Source: Dehalococcoidia bacterium (GTDB taxonomy: Bacteria; Chloroflexota; Dehalococcoidia; Dehalococcoidales; W111). Taken from it: DNA of 64,000 nt. Shown one piece after another: positions 44,623-55,319 of the stretch. The stretch is taken from NCBI GenBank assembly GCA_011191985.1, contig DUEU01000069.1, positions 6,424 through 70,423 on the forward strand. Reading direction: 5' to 3'. The notes under the pieces were generated by a model that worked only from the letters and a program-made list of their open reading frames with translations, was not told where the DNA came from and did not search any database. A program made the position numbers and the translations under genes. Each line of letters starts with the position of its first letter. The first letter of the stretch is position 1.

Positions 44623-45816
44623 ATGGCAAGAACTACCCGACAACAACCTGGGATGAAGCGCAGTTTCTCTTCGCAGAGAGTAAACCAGCTATCTCCCTCC
44701 GGGATACGCAAATTTTTCGACCTTATCGCCTCAACGGAAGGGGTTATCACGCTGGGTATCGGTGAGCCGGATTACGCCACCCCCTGGCACATCTGTGAAG
44801 CCGCCGTCAGCTCCCTGGAAAAGGGCTACACAATGTACACCTCAAATCTGGGCATGCCCGAACTGCGCCACGAGCTTTCCGGATACCTCAAGAAGACATC
44901 CGGCCTCGACTACGACCCTGATAGCGAGCTGCTGATTACCGTTGGCGTCAGCGAGGCCATGGACTTAGCCATGAGGGCCGTACTCGACCCCGGCGATGAG
45001 GTTATTCTGCCCGACCCGTGCTATGTTTCCTATAAGGCCTGTGTAATTCTGGCGGGGGGCAACCCGGTCACGGTACCGACCAGCGAAGAGAACCGCTTCG
45101 AGATGAGCCCGGCTGATATTGAAGCCCGCATAAGCGACCGGACCAAAGCCGTCATACTTGGTTACCCTGCCAACCCGACCGGGACCGTCATGCCCCGAGA
45201 GAAGCTGCAGCAGATAGCCGAAGTTGCGCGGCGCCACAATCTGCTGGTCATCTCGGACGAAATCTACTCCCGGCTGGTCTATGGCGTTGAGCATACCTGT
45301 TTCGCTACGCTCTCCGGAATGAAAGAAAGGACGATTCTACTTAACGGCTTCTCCAAGGCCTACGCCATGACCGGTTGGCGCATCGGGTATGCCGCCGCCC
45401 CGGCCGAGATTATCGCCCTGATGACCAAGATACATCAGTACACGATAATGTCGGCGCCGACCATGGCCCAGGTGGCCGCTATCGAAGCCCTGAAGTCGGG
45501 CGAGGACAGTGTCACCGAAATGGTCGAAGACTACAACCGGCGGAGACTCTTTACAGTAAAGGGACTTAACGAGATTGGCCTGACCTGTTTTGAACCCAAA
45601 GGGGCATTCTACGCCTTCCCATCAATAAAAGGCACCGGCCTGACCTCTGAAGAGTTCTCGGAAAGACTGCTTACCGAAGAGAAGACAGCCGTGGTGCCGG
45701 GGACAGCGTTCGGGGAATGTGGCGAAGGCTATGTCCGCTGCTGCTATGCCACCTCGCTGGCCGACCTCGAAGAAGCCCTGACCAGAATGAAACGATTCAT
45801 GGAGAAACATACATGA
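44623..45816 (+). CDS. Class I/II pyridoxal-phosphate aminotransferase (aspartate aminotransferase-like)
   Basis: 397 aa with the PLP-lysine context (NGFSKAYAMTGWRIGY) and NPTG. Confidence 0.9.
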   Translation: MARTTRQQPGMKRSFSSQRVNQLSPSGIRKFFDLIASTEGVITLGIGEPDYATPWHICEAAVSSLEKGYTMYTSNLGMPELRHELSGYLKKTSGLDYDPDSELLITVGVSEAMDLAMRAVLDPGDEVILPDPCYVSYKACVILAGGNPVTVPTSEENRFEMSPADIEARISDRTKAVILGYPANPTGTVMPREKLQQIAEVARRHNLLVISDEIYSRLVYGVEHTCFATLSGMKERTILLNGFSKAYAMTGWRIGYAAAPAEIIALMTKIHQYTIMSAPTMAQVAAIEALKSGEDSVTEMVEDYNRRRLFTVKGLNEIGLTCFEPKGAFYAFPSIKGTGLTSEEFSERLLTEEKTAVVPGTAFGECGEGYVRCCYATSLADLEEALTRMKRFMEKHT

Positions 45817-46322
45817 TTAAAAGTTACAACGGCAAGACACCGATAATTGCTGAATCTACCTTCGTCAGCGAGACCGCCTATATCATCGGCGACGTCGAAA
45901 TTGGGGAAGACTGCGGTATCTGGCCTGGCGTGATAATCAGGGGCGATTTCGCCCCGATCAAAATCGGCCGCGGTACCGATATCGAAGATAACAGCGTCAT
46001 TCATACGGCAACACCGATGGAAATAGGCGACAACATCATCATCGGACACGGCGTAGTGATGCACGGCCAGAAAATTGGTCACAATACCCTGGTTGGTAAT
46101 AACGCTACGATACTGGATGAGGCCGAGATTGGCGATAACTGTATCATTGCCGCCGGCTGTGTGGTTACTGAGAGGATGAAAATCCCTGACCAGTCATTTG
46201 TAACCGGCATACCGGCTAAAATCAAAGCCAAAATCACCGCCGACCAGATGGCAAAGTTCGATAAACACGACGTGTATTACTCCAAGGAACTCAAGCAGGC
46301 ATATAAAGAACAGGGACTATAG
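45813..46322 (+). CDS. Gamma-class carbonic anhydrase / hexapeptide-repeat (LbH) family protein
   Basis: Left-handed beta-helix hexapeptide repeats. Start moved from 45717 to ATG 45813 (ATGA overlap with the aminotransferase stop). Confidence 0.85.
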   Translation: MIKSYNGKTPIIAESTFVSETAYIIGDVEIGEDCGIWPGVIIRGDFAPIKIGRGTDIEDNSVIHTATPMEIGDNIIIGHGVVMHGQKIGHNTLVGNNATILDEAEIGDNCIIAAGCVVTERMKIPDQSFVTGIPAKIKAKITADQMAKFDKHDVYYSKELKQAYKEQGL

Positions 46323-46332
46323 CAAATTCCCC

Positions 46333-48006
46333 TTACATTTTCTCCGGTGCCGTCATCCCCATGAAGCCGAGAGTCCGGGACAGGACGGTCTTGGCCGCCT
46401 CAACCAGCTTCAGACGGGCAGGGGTCAATACCCGGTCATCCGAGACAACCCGGCAGTTCTTGTAGAAGCTGTGGAATACCGTGGCCAGGTCTACAGCGTA
46501 ATAGGTTAGGTGGTGCGGTTCCAGGGTTTCGGCAACGGTCTCCACCAACTCAGGTAAGAGCAGCATCTTGCGGATTAAGGTAAGCTCCGGCTCGGTGACC
46601 AGCACGGAAACGTCGCCACCCTGCCCACTAACGCCCCTTTCCCGTGCCAGACGGAGAATGCTGGCAATGCGGGCGTGGGCATACTGGACATAATAGACCG
46701 GATTATCAGCCGACTCCTTCTTGGCCAGCTCCAGGTCGAAGTCCATCTGACTATCCGCGGAACGGGACAGGAAGAAGAAACGGCAGGCATCGCTGCCCAC
46801 CTCCTCCACCAGCTCCCGCAGGGTGATTATGTCCCCGCTACGCTTGGAAACACGTACCAGCTCGTCACCACGGCGCAGGGTGACCATCTGAGATATTATC
46901 ACCTGCAGCTGTTCCGGAGGGATGCCCAGTGCCCCGACTACCGCCTTCATGCGGGATATGTGCCCCTGATGGTCGGCACCCCAGATGTTTATCACTCTGT
47001 CAAACTTGCGGCTGACGAACTTGTCATAGTGGTAGGCAATATCCGAGGCAAAATAAGTGGGTGATCCGTCGCCGCGCACAACGACATTATCCTTATCATC
47101 GCCAAGGGCGGTGGAAGTAAACCAGGTAGCCCCTTCTTTTTCGGTGAGGTGGCCCCCCTGTTGCAGCAAGGCCATCACCTTCTGGTACTGTCCGCTATCA
47201 TAGAGGCTTTGTTCGCTGAACCAGACGTCGAAACCCACCCCGAGCAGCTCCAGGTCGCTTCTGATACTGTCTATCATCCTGGCCAGCCCCACCTCCCCCA
47301 GTTTCTGCACGGCTTCCGGTTCCGGCATTTTCAAGAACCGGTCTCCTTCATCGGCCACAATCGCCCTGGCCAGGTCAACCACATAGCCGCCAAAATAACC
47401 CTCGGTGGGCATCTCGGAATCAACCCCCAGAGACTGCTGGTAGCGCACATAGAGTGAGCGCCGGAAATTGTCTATCTGCCGACCGCTATCATTGATGTAA
47501 TATTCCCTCTCTACCTGATAGCCAGCGGCAGTGAGAACATTGGCCAGGGTACTGCCTAGGATAGCACCACGGCCATGGCCGACATGAAGCGGCCCGGTGG
47601 GGTTGACACTCACATACTCTATCTGCACCCGGCTTCCCCCGCCCAGGTCAATATTGCCGTAGGTATCACCGGCCGCCAGTATCGACTCCACCTGGCCGGT
47701 TAACCAGTCATTTTTAAGGCTGAAATTGATAAACCCCGGTGGGGCCACAACAACACTACCAACCTCAGGGGTAGCCACCATAAGGTCCGCTATCTCGCTG
47801 GCAATAGTCAACGGGTCAATCCCGGTTGACCGGGCCAGTTTCAGGGGCAAACTGGAGGCATAGTCCCCGTGCTCCGGCTGCTGGGGATGCTCAACATTAA
47901 TCTCGGGTAACGTCACCGCCGGCAGTTTACCCTGCTGCTGTAACTCACCCACTGCCTGTGTTAGCAGCTCTATAAGCCTTTTCTTAAGCGCTAATATTCC
48001 ACTCAC
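46333..48006 (-). CDS. argS: Arginine--tRNA ligase
   Basis: 557 aa with a HIGH-type region ([12 protein letters not shown]) and a C-terminal anticodon-binding DALR domain. GTG start. Confidence 0.95.
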   Translation of the reverse strand: MSGILALKKRLIELLTQAVGELQQQGKLPAVTLPEINVEHPQQPEHGDYASSLPLKLARSTGIDPLTIASEIADLMVATPEVGSVVVAPPGFINFSLKNDWLTGQVESILAAGDTYGNIDLGGGSRVQIEYVSVNPTGPLHVGHGRGAILGSTLANVLTAAGYQVEREYYINDSGRQIDNFRRSLYVRYQQSLGVDSEMPTEGYFGGYVVDLARAIVADEGDRFLKMPEPEAVQKLGEVGLARMIDSIRSDLELLGVGFDVWFSEQSLYDSGQYQKVMALLQQGGHLTEKEGATWFTSTALGDDKDNVVVRGDGSPTYFASDIAYHYDKFVSRKFDRVINIWGADHQGHISRMKAVVGALGIPPEQLQVIISQMVTLRRGDELVRVSKRSGDIITLRELVEEVGSDACRFFFLSRSADSQMDFDLELAKKESADNPVYYVQYAHARIASILRLARERGVSGQGGDVSVLVTEPELTLIRKMLLLPELVETVAETLEPHHLTYYAVDLATVFHSFYKNCRVVSDDRVLTPARLKLVEAAKTVLSRTLGFMGMTAPEKM

Positions 48007-48043
48007 CGATGTCTGTTTACCTCGGTCTTTAAAATACAGCTAA

Positions 48044-48073
48044 ACTATAGCACGAAGAACGATATATACTCAA
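48044..48073 (-). promoter_or_regulatory. Sigma-70-type promoter of argS
   Basis: The minus strand reads TTGAGT, an 18-nt spacer, then TGCTATAGT (extended -10), about 38 nt upstream of the argS start. Confidence 0.45.
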
Positions 48074-48080
48074 ATACGGC

Positions 48081-50549
48081 CTAGCTCCACTCACCGCCCT
48101 GCTGCCAGACCCGGGCCATCTCCCGGGTTAAAATCCGGTGTTCCGGCTTTTCCAGTATCGGGTCCTCTTGGAACAGCTTTATCGCCTCATTTCGGGCCAT
48201 CTCTAGAAGGGCCACATCCGACAGCCGAGCCATACGCAGGTCAGGCAGACCGCTCTGCCTGACGCCGAAGAACTCTCCAGGGCCCCGCAGCTCCATATCC
48301 TTTTCGGCTAGAGCAAAGCCGTCCTGGGTCTCTTCTATCAGGCCCAGGCGCTTCAGACCTATCTCAGATGGATTTTCCGCCAGCAGCAGGCAATAGCTCT
48401 GCTCCGGCCCCCGCCCAACCCGACCCCGGAACTGGTGCAACTGCGACAGGCCAAAACGTTCGGCACTCTCCACCAGCATCACGGTGGCATTGGGCACGTC
48501 TATACCGACCTCGACCACCGGTGTCGAAACCAGGATATCAGTGTCACCGCCGCGAAAACGGCGCATCACCTCATCCTTCTCCGCTGCCGGCATACGGCCG
48601 TGCAGTAATCCCAGCTTCAGGTCGGGAAACACCTCGCGTGACAGGCGTTCGTATTCGGCCACCGCCGCCTTTACCTGGAAAACCTCCGACTCTTCGACGA
48701 AGGGACAGACGACAAATGCCTGGCGGCCGGCCGCTACCTGGCGACGGACGAAAGCATAAGCGCTTTCGCGCTGCTCGGGCTTGAGCCATCTGGTCTTTAC
48801 AGCCTGCCGGCCCGGAGGCAGCTCGTCAATAACCGAGAGGTCGAGGTCGCCATAGAGTGTCAGGGCTAGGGTCCGCGGGATAGGCGTCGCCGTCATTACC
48901 AGCACGTGAGGATTAAAGCCCTTCTGGCGCAGCGCCGAACGCTGGGTGACACCGAACCGGTGCTGCTCGTCAACCACGACCAGCCCCAGTTTGCGGAACG
49001 CTACTTCCTTTTGAATTAGGGCATGAGTGCCGATGGCAATATCTATCTCTCCTTCCGAAATAAGCCGGTGCAGCCCCTGCTTTTTGACCAGACTTGCCTC
49101 ACCGACAAGCAGGGCTACGGTAAGCGAACGGGACAAGACCCCCGAATAGCGGCTCAGGTGGCTTTCCGCCGGCTCCTGACACCCCAGCCGGGAGAGAAGC
49201 TGGCAGATAGCGTTAAAATGCTGCTCGGCCAGTATTTCAGTTGGCGCCATGAAGGCCCCCTGGTAGCCACTGGCAGCCGCCGCCAGCAAAGCTGCCGTGG
49301 CCACCACCGTCTTGCCGCTGCCCACCTCACCCTGAAGTAACCGCGACATGGGCCTCGGCTTCTGCAAATCATCGAGTAGCTCCTTCAGTACCTTCTGCTG
49401 AGCCGTGGTCAGCGTAAAAGGTAGGGAACCGATAAACGCCTCCAGCACCGGTGTTACCAACCTCACCGGGTTGCCGGGCTGGCTGTCCTGCCAGTCACGC
49501 TTTCGGCTGAGGACACCGAGCTGAAGCAGAATCAGCTCGTCAAAGGCCAGTCTGAGCCTGGCCCGGGCCTTCATGACCTCGTCTTCGGGATAGTGGGCCT
49601 GGCTAATGGCCACGGGCAGGTCCAGCAGGCTACATCGTTTTTTCACCGCCGCCGGCAGAAAATCCTCCAGCTGTCCCACCCACTGGTCGACAACCCTTTT
49701 CATCAGCAGTCTTACCTGGCGGGAGCGCAGCCCCTGGGTAAGAGGGTAGACGGGGACGAGCCGCCCGGTATGGACCAACTCCTTTTCCTCCGCCAGTTCC
49801 CACTCCGGCGATTCGAAGACATGCCGCCCTCCGAACAGACTGACCCGACCGCTGATGACCACCTTCATGTTGGTGCGCAGCTTTTTAGCTAGATATGGAT
49901 TATTGAACCAGACTACCCTAAGGTTACCGGTCTCGTCGCCGACAATAGCCTCGGTGCTGCGCCGGCCGCCGGGCCTAGTCTCCTGAGCTTGCCACACATG
50001 AGCAATAATGGTTTGCTCTTCGCCCTCGTTAAGCTGGGAGATAGACTTTATCTGGCTGTAGTCAAGGTGACGGTTCGGGAAGAAGTAGAGCAGGTCGCGG
50101 ACTGTCTTGACCCCCAGCCGCCCTAGCTTGGCCGCTAGGTTAGCGCTGATACCCCCAACTGTTGTAGCCGGTGAGTCAATAGACGGCAGGCCAGGCGTTT
50201 TTGCTTTCACGCGCGGCCGGCCGGCTGTCTTCGCCGGGCTGCGGCCTGCTGGGGCAACGTCCGGTGGGAGAGGTTTCTTTTCTGCTGGTTCCTTCTTCGC
50301 TACCTCGGCCAGAAAATCGAGCACCTCAGCCGCCCACTGCTTACGCTGCTCCAGAGTCAGGGAGGCATAGCCGGCATCAATAAGGCGAAGTTTACGGAAA
50401 CGTTCGAGGATCCGTCGGTCGGTTATCGACTCTATAGCCTGTCCCGTCCATCGGTGTAGGAATCTATCCAGACCACCGATGACCGTGGAATCGGTATAGC
50501 CTTTCTTACGCTCAAGCTCGAGTATCTTGACCAGCGGCGCGGCATTCAT
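48081..50549 (-). CDS. recG: ATP-dependent DNA helicase RecG
   Basis: 822 aa with a wedge domain, helicase motifs (GEVGSGKT, VVDEQHRFG, MTATPIPRT) and a basic low-complexity N-terminal linker. Confidence 0.95.
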   Translation of the reverse strand: MNAAPLVKILELERKKGYTDSTVIGGLDRFLHRWTGQAIESITDRRILERFRKLRLIDAGYASLTLEQRKQWAAEVLDFLAEVAKKEPAEKKPLPPDVAPAGRSPAKTAGRPRVKAKTPGLPSIDSPATTVGGISANLAAKLGRLGVKTVRDLLYFFPNRHLDYSQIKSISQLNEGEEQTIIAHVWQAQETRPGGRRSTEAIVGDETGNLRVVWFNNPYLAKKLRTNMKVVISGRVSLFGGRHVFESPEWELAEEKELVHTGRLVPVYPLTQGLRSRQVRLLMKRVVDQWVGQLEDFLPAAVKKRCSLLDLPVAISQAHYPEDEVMKARARLRLAFDELILLQLGVLSRKRDWQDSQPGNPVRLVTPVLEAFIGSLPFTLTTAQQKVLKELLDDLQKPRPMSRLLQGEVGSGKTVVATAALLAAAASGYQGAFMAPTEILAEQHFNAICQLLSRLGCQEPAESHLSRYSGVLSRSLTVALLVGEASLVKKQGLHRLISEGEIDIAIGTHALIQKEVAFRKLGLVVVDEQHRFGVTQRSALRQKGFNPHVLVMTATPIPRTLALTLYGDLDLSVIDELPPGRQAVKTRWLKPEQRESAYAFVRRQVAAGRQAFVVCPFVEESEVFQVKAAVAEYERLSREVFPDLKLGLLHGRMPAAEKDEVMRRFRGGDTDILVSTPVVEVGIDVPNATVMLVESAERFGLSQLHQFRGRVGRGPEQSYCLLLAENPSEIGLKRLGLIEETQDGFALAEKDMELRGPGEFFGVRQSGLPDLRMARLSDVALLEMARNEAIKLFQEDPILEKPEHRILTREMARVWQQGGEWS

Positions 50550-50640
50550 CGGCCAGACCTTATCTCCATAGTCTCCAGGACTATATCTAACGGAGAGGGA
50601 AAATCCCGGTACTCGCGGAGGAGGCAGGTAAAATCGCTCC

Positions 50641-52281
50641 CTACTCTACAGAAACAATGTAGTTATAATGGGGCTGACCACCCCGTACGACTTCAACCTG
50701 TAGATGGGAGTGCTTCTGGCATATCTTATTGCTGACCTCCTGCGCCTCGGCCAACTCGGAATCAGCCCCGAAGTAGATAGTAATCACCTCGGCCATGTCT
50801 AAATCCAACCCGGCTAGGACCTTACTCAGAGCATCAGCGGGGGTAGTGCCCACATTCACCAGCTCCCCATCCAGAAAGCCGATAGCCTGCTTCCGTTTGA
50901 TAGTCAAATCACCGAGCTTGGCCGAACGCACGGCCCGGGTAATCTCGATAGACCTCACCGTTGATATCGCCCTGGCCATAAGTTTGGCGTTGGTCTCGAA
51001 GTCGGCCTCATAGTCGAAGGCCAGTAGGGCCGACACTCCCTGCGGGATTGTCTCCGAAGGCACGACGACAATCTTTTTGGGGGTCACCGACTCGACTTGA
51101 TTGGCTGTAGCGACGATATTCTTATTATTGGGCAGAATAATCACATTATCCGAGGTCACCGACTCTACCACCCGGAGTAAGTCCTTAGTGCTGGGGTTCA
51201 TCGTCTGCCCGCCGGCGACAATGGCTGTCGTCCCCAGGCTCTTGAAAACCTCGGCCAGCCCTTCCCCGGAGACCACGGCAATGGTAGCCACATCAACCAG
51301 CGGCATTCGCTCCTTCTGCATCTCCAGATAAGCTTCATGCTGTTCGTCCATATTGCGAATACTTACCTGATGCACCGTACCCAGCGCGGTAGCATAGCGC
51401 AGAACATTGCCCGGGTCCAGAGTGTGGATATGGATTCTCACCGCCGATTCATCGCCGACCACAATCAGAGACTCACCCCTGTTCTTCAGCCTAGTTCGAA
51501 TTTTATCCGGGGCTAACTCCTCTCCTTTGAGGAGAAACTCGGTGCAGTAACCGTAAGGCACCTCATCAGCGGCTACCATCTGGGGCATCCTGGTGGCAGC
51601 TATGTCAGCGACCACCAGCTGCGGTTTACGGTACTTCATCTGCTCCGCTTCACCTTTAAGGTAGCGCAGGGCCCCATCAAGTATGGTGTATAGACCCTGT
51701 CCCCCGGCATCCACCACGCCGGCTTCTTTCAACACCGACAGCAGGTTAGGGGTATTGGCCACCGATCTGGCAGCCGCGCTAACCATCGCCTCCATCACCG
51801 ATACGAAATCCTTCTCACCATCAGCTACCTCAGCCTGCGCTGCTTCCGATACATCCTTGATTACGGTCAGAATAGTCCCCTCCACCGGATTGCTCAACCC
51901 CTTATAAGCCATCTCCGAGGCCGACTCCAGGGCAGCGGCGAGATCGCCGCCGGTACACGATTCCTTGTCCTCCAGGCCCTTGGCCAGCCCCCGCCAGATC
52001 TGGGACAGAATTACCCCGCTGTTACCCCGCGCCCCCATCAGCGCTCCCAAGGCAACAGCCTCAGCTACTGTGCAAGCACTGTTGTCGGGAGCGCGAAAGG
52101 CCTCCTCTATGGAGGAGCGCATGGTCAGCAGCATATTGGTACCGGTATCACCATCAGGCACCGGAAAGACGTTGAGAGCATCAATATCGGCAGAGCTTTT
52201 TTCCAGCCAGTTAGTCGCCGCCGCCAACATCTCCCTCAGGTCCTGCCCGCCGATAGTATCAGCTTGCTTCATCTTAGCCAT
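50641..52281 (-). CDS. DAK2-domain fusion protein (YloV family)
   Basis: 546 aa with an N-terminal Dak2 phosphatase-domain pattern (FPVPDGDTGTNM) and a DegV-like C-terminal part. The rpmB / yloV / recG neighbourhood is conserved in Gram-positive-type genomes. Confidence 0.85.
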   Translation of the reverse strand: MAKMKQADTIGGQDLREMLAAATNWLEKSSADIDALNVFPVPDGDTGTNMLLTMRSSIEEAFRAPDNSACTVAEAVALGALMGARGNSGVILSQIWRGLAKGLEDKESCTGGDLAAALESASEMAYKGLSNPVEGTILTVIKDVSEAAQAEVADGEKDFVSVMEAMVSAAARSVANTPNLLSVLKEAGVVDAGGQGLYTILDGALRYLKGEAEQMKYRKPQLVVADIAATRMPQMVAADEVPYGYCTEFLLKGEELAPDKIRTRLKNRGESLIVVGDESAVRIHIHTLDPGNVLRYATALGTVHQVSIRNMDEQHEAYLEMQKERMPLVDVATIAVVSGEGLAEVFKSLGTTAIVAGGQTMNPSTKDLLRVVESVTSDNVIILPNNKNIVATANQVESVTPKKIVVVPSETIPQGVSALLAFDYEADFETNAKLMARAISTVRSIEITRAVRSAKLGDLTIKRKQAIGFLDGELVNVGTTPADALSKVLAGLDLDMAEVITIYFGADSELAEAQEVSNKICQKHSHLQVEVVRGGQPHYNYIVSVE

Positions 52282-52387
52282 CCTTATTAAGTGCCTATCT
52301 CGCCCTTGCCAAGGTCAGCCAGCTTATGATAGTATTATGACAAGGATTTTACAATAATTCTGGCCGCCAGTCAAAGGAGAAGAGATA

Positions 52388-52573
52388 TTGAAGTGCGATT
52401 TATGTGGCAAATCACCTCAGTTCGGTCACAATGTCAGCCATTCCAAGCGTCATACCAAGCGGGACTGGCTCCCCAATATTCATCCGGCGACTGTTATGAT
52501 AGACGGCCAGCTAAAAAGGCTCAATCTGTGCACCAGATGCCTGCGTACTCAGAACAAAGTCGTTAAAAGCTAG
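52388..52573 (+). CDS. rpmB: 50S ribosomal protein L28
   Basis: 61 aa. CDLCGK..FGHNVSHS.RHTKR.W.PN, typical L28. TTG start after AAAGGAG. Confidence 0.85.
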   Translation: MKCDLCGKSPQFGHNVSHSKRHTKRDWLPNIHPATVMIDGQLKRLNLCTRCLRTQNKVVKS

Positions 52574-52705
52574 CCCGCATCTTCTCCATGACTGATAGTA
52601 CCCTCAGGTCAAGTCTCACCAGTACCCTCATAGAGCCTGTTAATTACCTGTCCTGAAGAACCCGAGATAAGCCAGAGAAGGGACACGTTTGACCGGCGCC
52701 ATATA

Positions 52706-54073
52706 CTATGCCAGTAGCTTCTTGGCACTGGCCAACGCCTGTTCCACCCGGCCGGGTGCAGTGCCGCCAACGACATTACGGGCAGCCAGCGACGACTCCA
52801 CCGTAATAGAGTAGACATCCTGGCTAAAGAGCGGGGAGAATTTCTGATACTCTTCGAGGCCAAGCTCAGGGAACCACTTGCCCTGTTCAATTGCGTAGCT
52901 TACCAGCCGGGCCACCACCCCGTGGGCAGTGCGGAATGGCTCGCCTTTCCTGACCAGGTAGTCGGCCAGGTCGGTGGCCAAGATATAGCCCTGCTCAACC
53001 GCCCGCCGCGTATTTTCTGCCTTTACCCGCAGGGTACCTAACATACCGGTAAAAACTTCCAGGCTGGAAAGCAGGGTGTCCACGGTATCGAACAGGCCTT
53101 CTTTATCCTCCTGGAGGTCCCGGTTATAGGCCAGCGGCAGACCTTTCATGACTACCAGCAGTGCCATAAGCTGGCCGTAGACCCGGCCCGTTTTGCCCCG
53201 GGCCAACTCAGCAACGTCCGGATTCTTTTTCTGGGGCATAATGCTGCTGCCGGTGGCATAGGCCTCGTCCAACTCGATGAAATCGAACCCGGCCGAGGAC
53301 CAGAGAACGACCTCCTCGGCCAGCCGGGAAATATGCATCATGGCCAGGGAGGCAGCCGCTTCATACTCAATTATAAAATCCCGGTCCGAGACGGCATCCA
53401 GGCTGTTAGCGCTTATCCCGCCAAAGCCCAGTTCACGGGCTATAAACTCACGGTCAATATCGTAGGCGACCCCGGACAGGGCCCCGCTGCCTAGGGGCAT
53501 GACATCGGTGCGCTTAAGGCAGTCCCGGAACCGGTCGGCGTCCCGACGGAACATCTCGAAATAGGCAAGGAGATGGTGCGCCAGCAACACCGGCTGTGCT
53601 GGCTGCAGATGGGTGTAGCCTGGCATGACCACCGCTTTGTTAGCCTCGGCCAGATTAACCAGCGCCCGCTGAAATTCCTTTATCGCCGTCAGCGTATCCG
53701 CGATGATCTCCTTGACGAAGAGACGCAGGTCAAGCGCCACTTGGTCATTCCGGGAGCGGGCTGTGTGTAGCTTACCGCCCACATCGCCCACCTTCTCGAT
53801 GAGGCGGGCCTCGATATTCAAATGGATATCTTCCAGCTCCACCCTGAACTCAAACTTGCCCTGCTCTATCTCGTCCCTGATGGCAGCCAACCCATCGGCG
53901 ATTATTTTGGCCTCTTTGTCCGGGATTATCCCCTGCTTGGCCAGCATCCGGGCATGGGCAATGCTGCCGGCGATGTCATAGGGGTAGAGACGCCAGTCGA
54001 AGGGGACAGAAGCGGCATATTCCGCCACCAACTTATCTGCTGCCTTTCCGAAACGACCCCGAATATTACTCAC
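52706..54073 (-). CDS. argH: Argininosuccinate lyase
   Basis: 455 aa with the fumarate-lyase signature (GSSIMPQKKNPD). Confidence 0.95.
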   Translation of the reverse strand: MSNIRGRFGKAADKLVAEYAASVPFDWRLYPYDIAGSIAHARMLAKQGIIPDKEAKIIADGLAAIRDEIEQGKFEFRVELEDIHLNIEARLIEKVGDVGGKLHTARSRNDQVALDLRLFVKEIIADTLTAIKEFQRALVNLAEANKAVVMPGYTHLQPAQPVLLAHHLLAYFEMFRRDADRFRDCLKRTDVMPLGSGALSGVAYDIDREFIARELGFGGISANSLDAVSDRDFIIEYEAAASLAMMHISRLAEEVVLWSSAGFDFIELDEAYATGSSIMPQKKNPDVAELARGKTGRVYGQLMALLVVMKGLPLAYNRDLQEDKEGLFDTVDTLLSSLEVFTGMLGTLRVKAENTRRAVEQGYILATDLADYLVRKGEPFRTAHGVVARLVSYAIEQGKWFPELGLEEYQKFSPLFSQDVYSITVESSLAARNVVGGTAPGRVEQALASAKKLLA

Positions 54074-55318
54074 CTATCCCTCCTCTTTGACCGGCGGTAT
54101 GATGCCTGACCGGCCCTCGGCCTCTTCCAGCAGCTGCACCTGCGCCTGCGTCCTGACCGGCAGCCCCCAGAGGTGAATAAAGCCGGCCGCCGCGCTCTGG
54201 TCAAATAAATCGCCTTTGTCATAGGTAGCCAGGCTCAGGTTGTAGAGCGACTTGGGCGACTTCCGTCCTACCACCTGGCAGCTGCCCTTGAAAAGTTTCA
54301 GGCGTACCGTGCCGCTGACATGTCGCTGCGAGCTTTGCACGTAAGCGGCTAGGTCCTGATGCAGCGAGGTGAACCACAGACCATTGTAGATGAGGTCGGC
54401 GTACTCCTGGGCTACCCGCTGCTTGAAACGGAGCTGGTCTTTGGCCAGGGTCATCGCCTCCAGGGCCAGGTGTGCCTGGAGCAGCACCACCGCCGCCGGG
54501 GCTTCATAAATCTCCCGCGATTTTATGCCCACCAGCCGGTTCTCGATGTGGTCAATCCGGCCGACTCCGTGGCTACCGGCCAGCTCGTTAAGCTGTTGAA
54601 TCAGGCCAACTCCGGCCACCTCTTTGCCATCAACAGTCACCGGAACACCTTTTTCAAAACCAATCTCGATATAGACGGGTTTATCCGGAGCTTGGGCCGG
54701 TGCTTTTGTCCAGGCAAACACGTCATCCGGCGGCTCAGCCCACGGGTCTTCCAGGACACCGCACTCAATACTGCGCCCCCACAGGCACTCATCGATGGAA
54801 TAAGGACTGGCTACCGTTATCGGTACCGGAATATCATGGCGCCGGGCGTATTCAATGGTCTCCTCACGTGTCATCCCCCATTCCCGTGCCGGGGCGATGA
54901 TTCTCAGATTGGGCGCCAGGGCACTGACACCGACATCAAACCTTACCTGGTCATTCCCCTTGCCAGTACAGCCGTGGGCTATGGCAGAGGCTCCCTCCTC
55001 CAGAGCGGTATCCACCAGCAGCTTGGCCATCAGCGGCCGGGAGAGGGCCGTCGCCAGAGGATATTGCCCCTCGTAGACGGCATCCGCCTGCAAGGACGGA
55101 AAGACGAAGTACTTGACGAATAAGTCCCTGGCATCTATCACCAGCGACTTAACAGCCCCGACCTTAAGTGCCTTCTGCTTGATAGCCGAAAAGTCACGCT
55201 CATTACCGACATCAATAGTCAGGGCAATAACGTCGAGGTCGTAGTTCTCCTTCAGCCACTGGATGGCCACCGACGTATCCAGGCCGCCGCTGTAAGCCAG
55301 CACCACTTTATTCGACAC
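54074..55318 (-). CDS. argG: Argininosuccinate synthase
   Basis: 414 aa with AYSGGLDTS (PP-loop) and AHGCTGKGNDQVRF. Confidence 0.95.
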   Translation of the reverse strand: MSNKVVLAYSGGLDTSVAIQWLKENYDLDVIALTIDVGNERDFSAIKQKALKVGAVKSLVIDARDLFVKYFVFPSLQADAVYEGQYPLATALSRPLMAKLLVDTALEEGASAIAHGCTGKGNDQVRFDVGVSALAPNLRIIAPAREWGMTREETIEYARRHDIPVPITVASPYSIDECLWGRSIECGVLEDPWAEPPDDVFAWTKAPAQAPDKPVYIEIGFEKGVPVTVDGKEVAGVGLIQQLNELAGSHGVGRIDHIENRLVGIKSREIYEAPAAVVLLQAHLALEAMTLAKDQLRFKQRVAQEYADLIYNGLWFTSLHQDLAAYVQSSQRHVSGTVRLKLFKGSCQVVGRKSPKSLYNLSLATYDKGDLFDQSAAAGFIHLWGLPVRTQAQVQLLEEAEGRSGIIPPVKEEG

Positions 55319-55319
55319 G

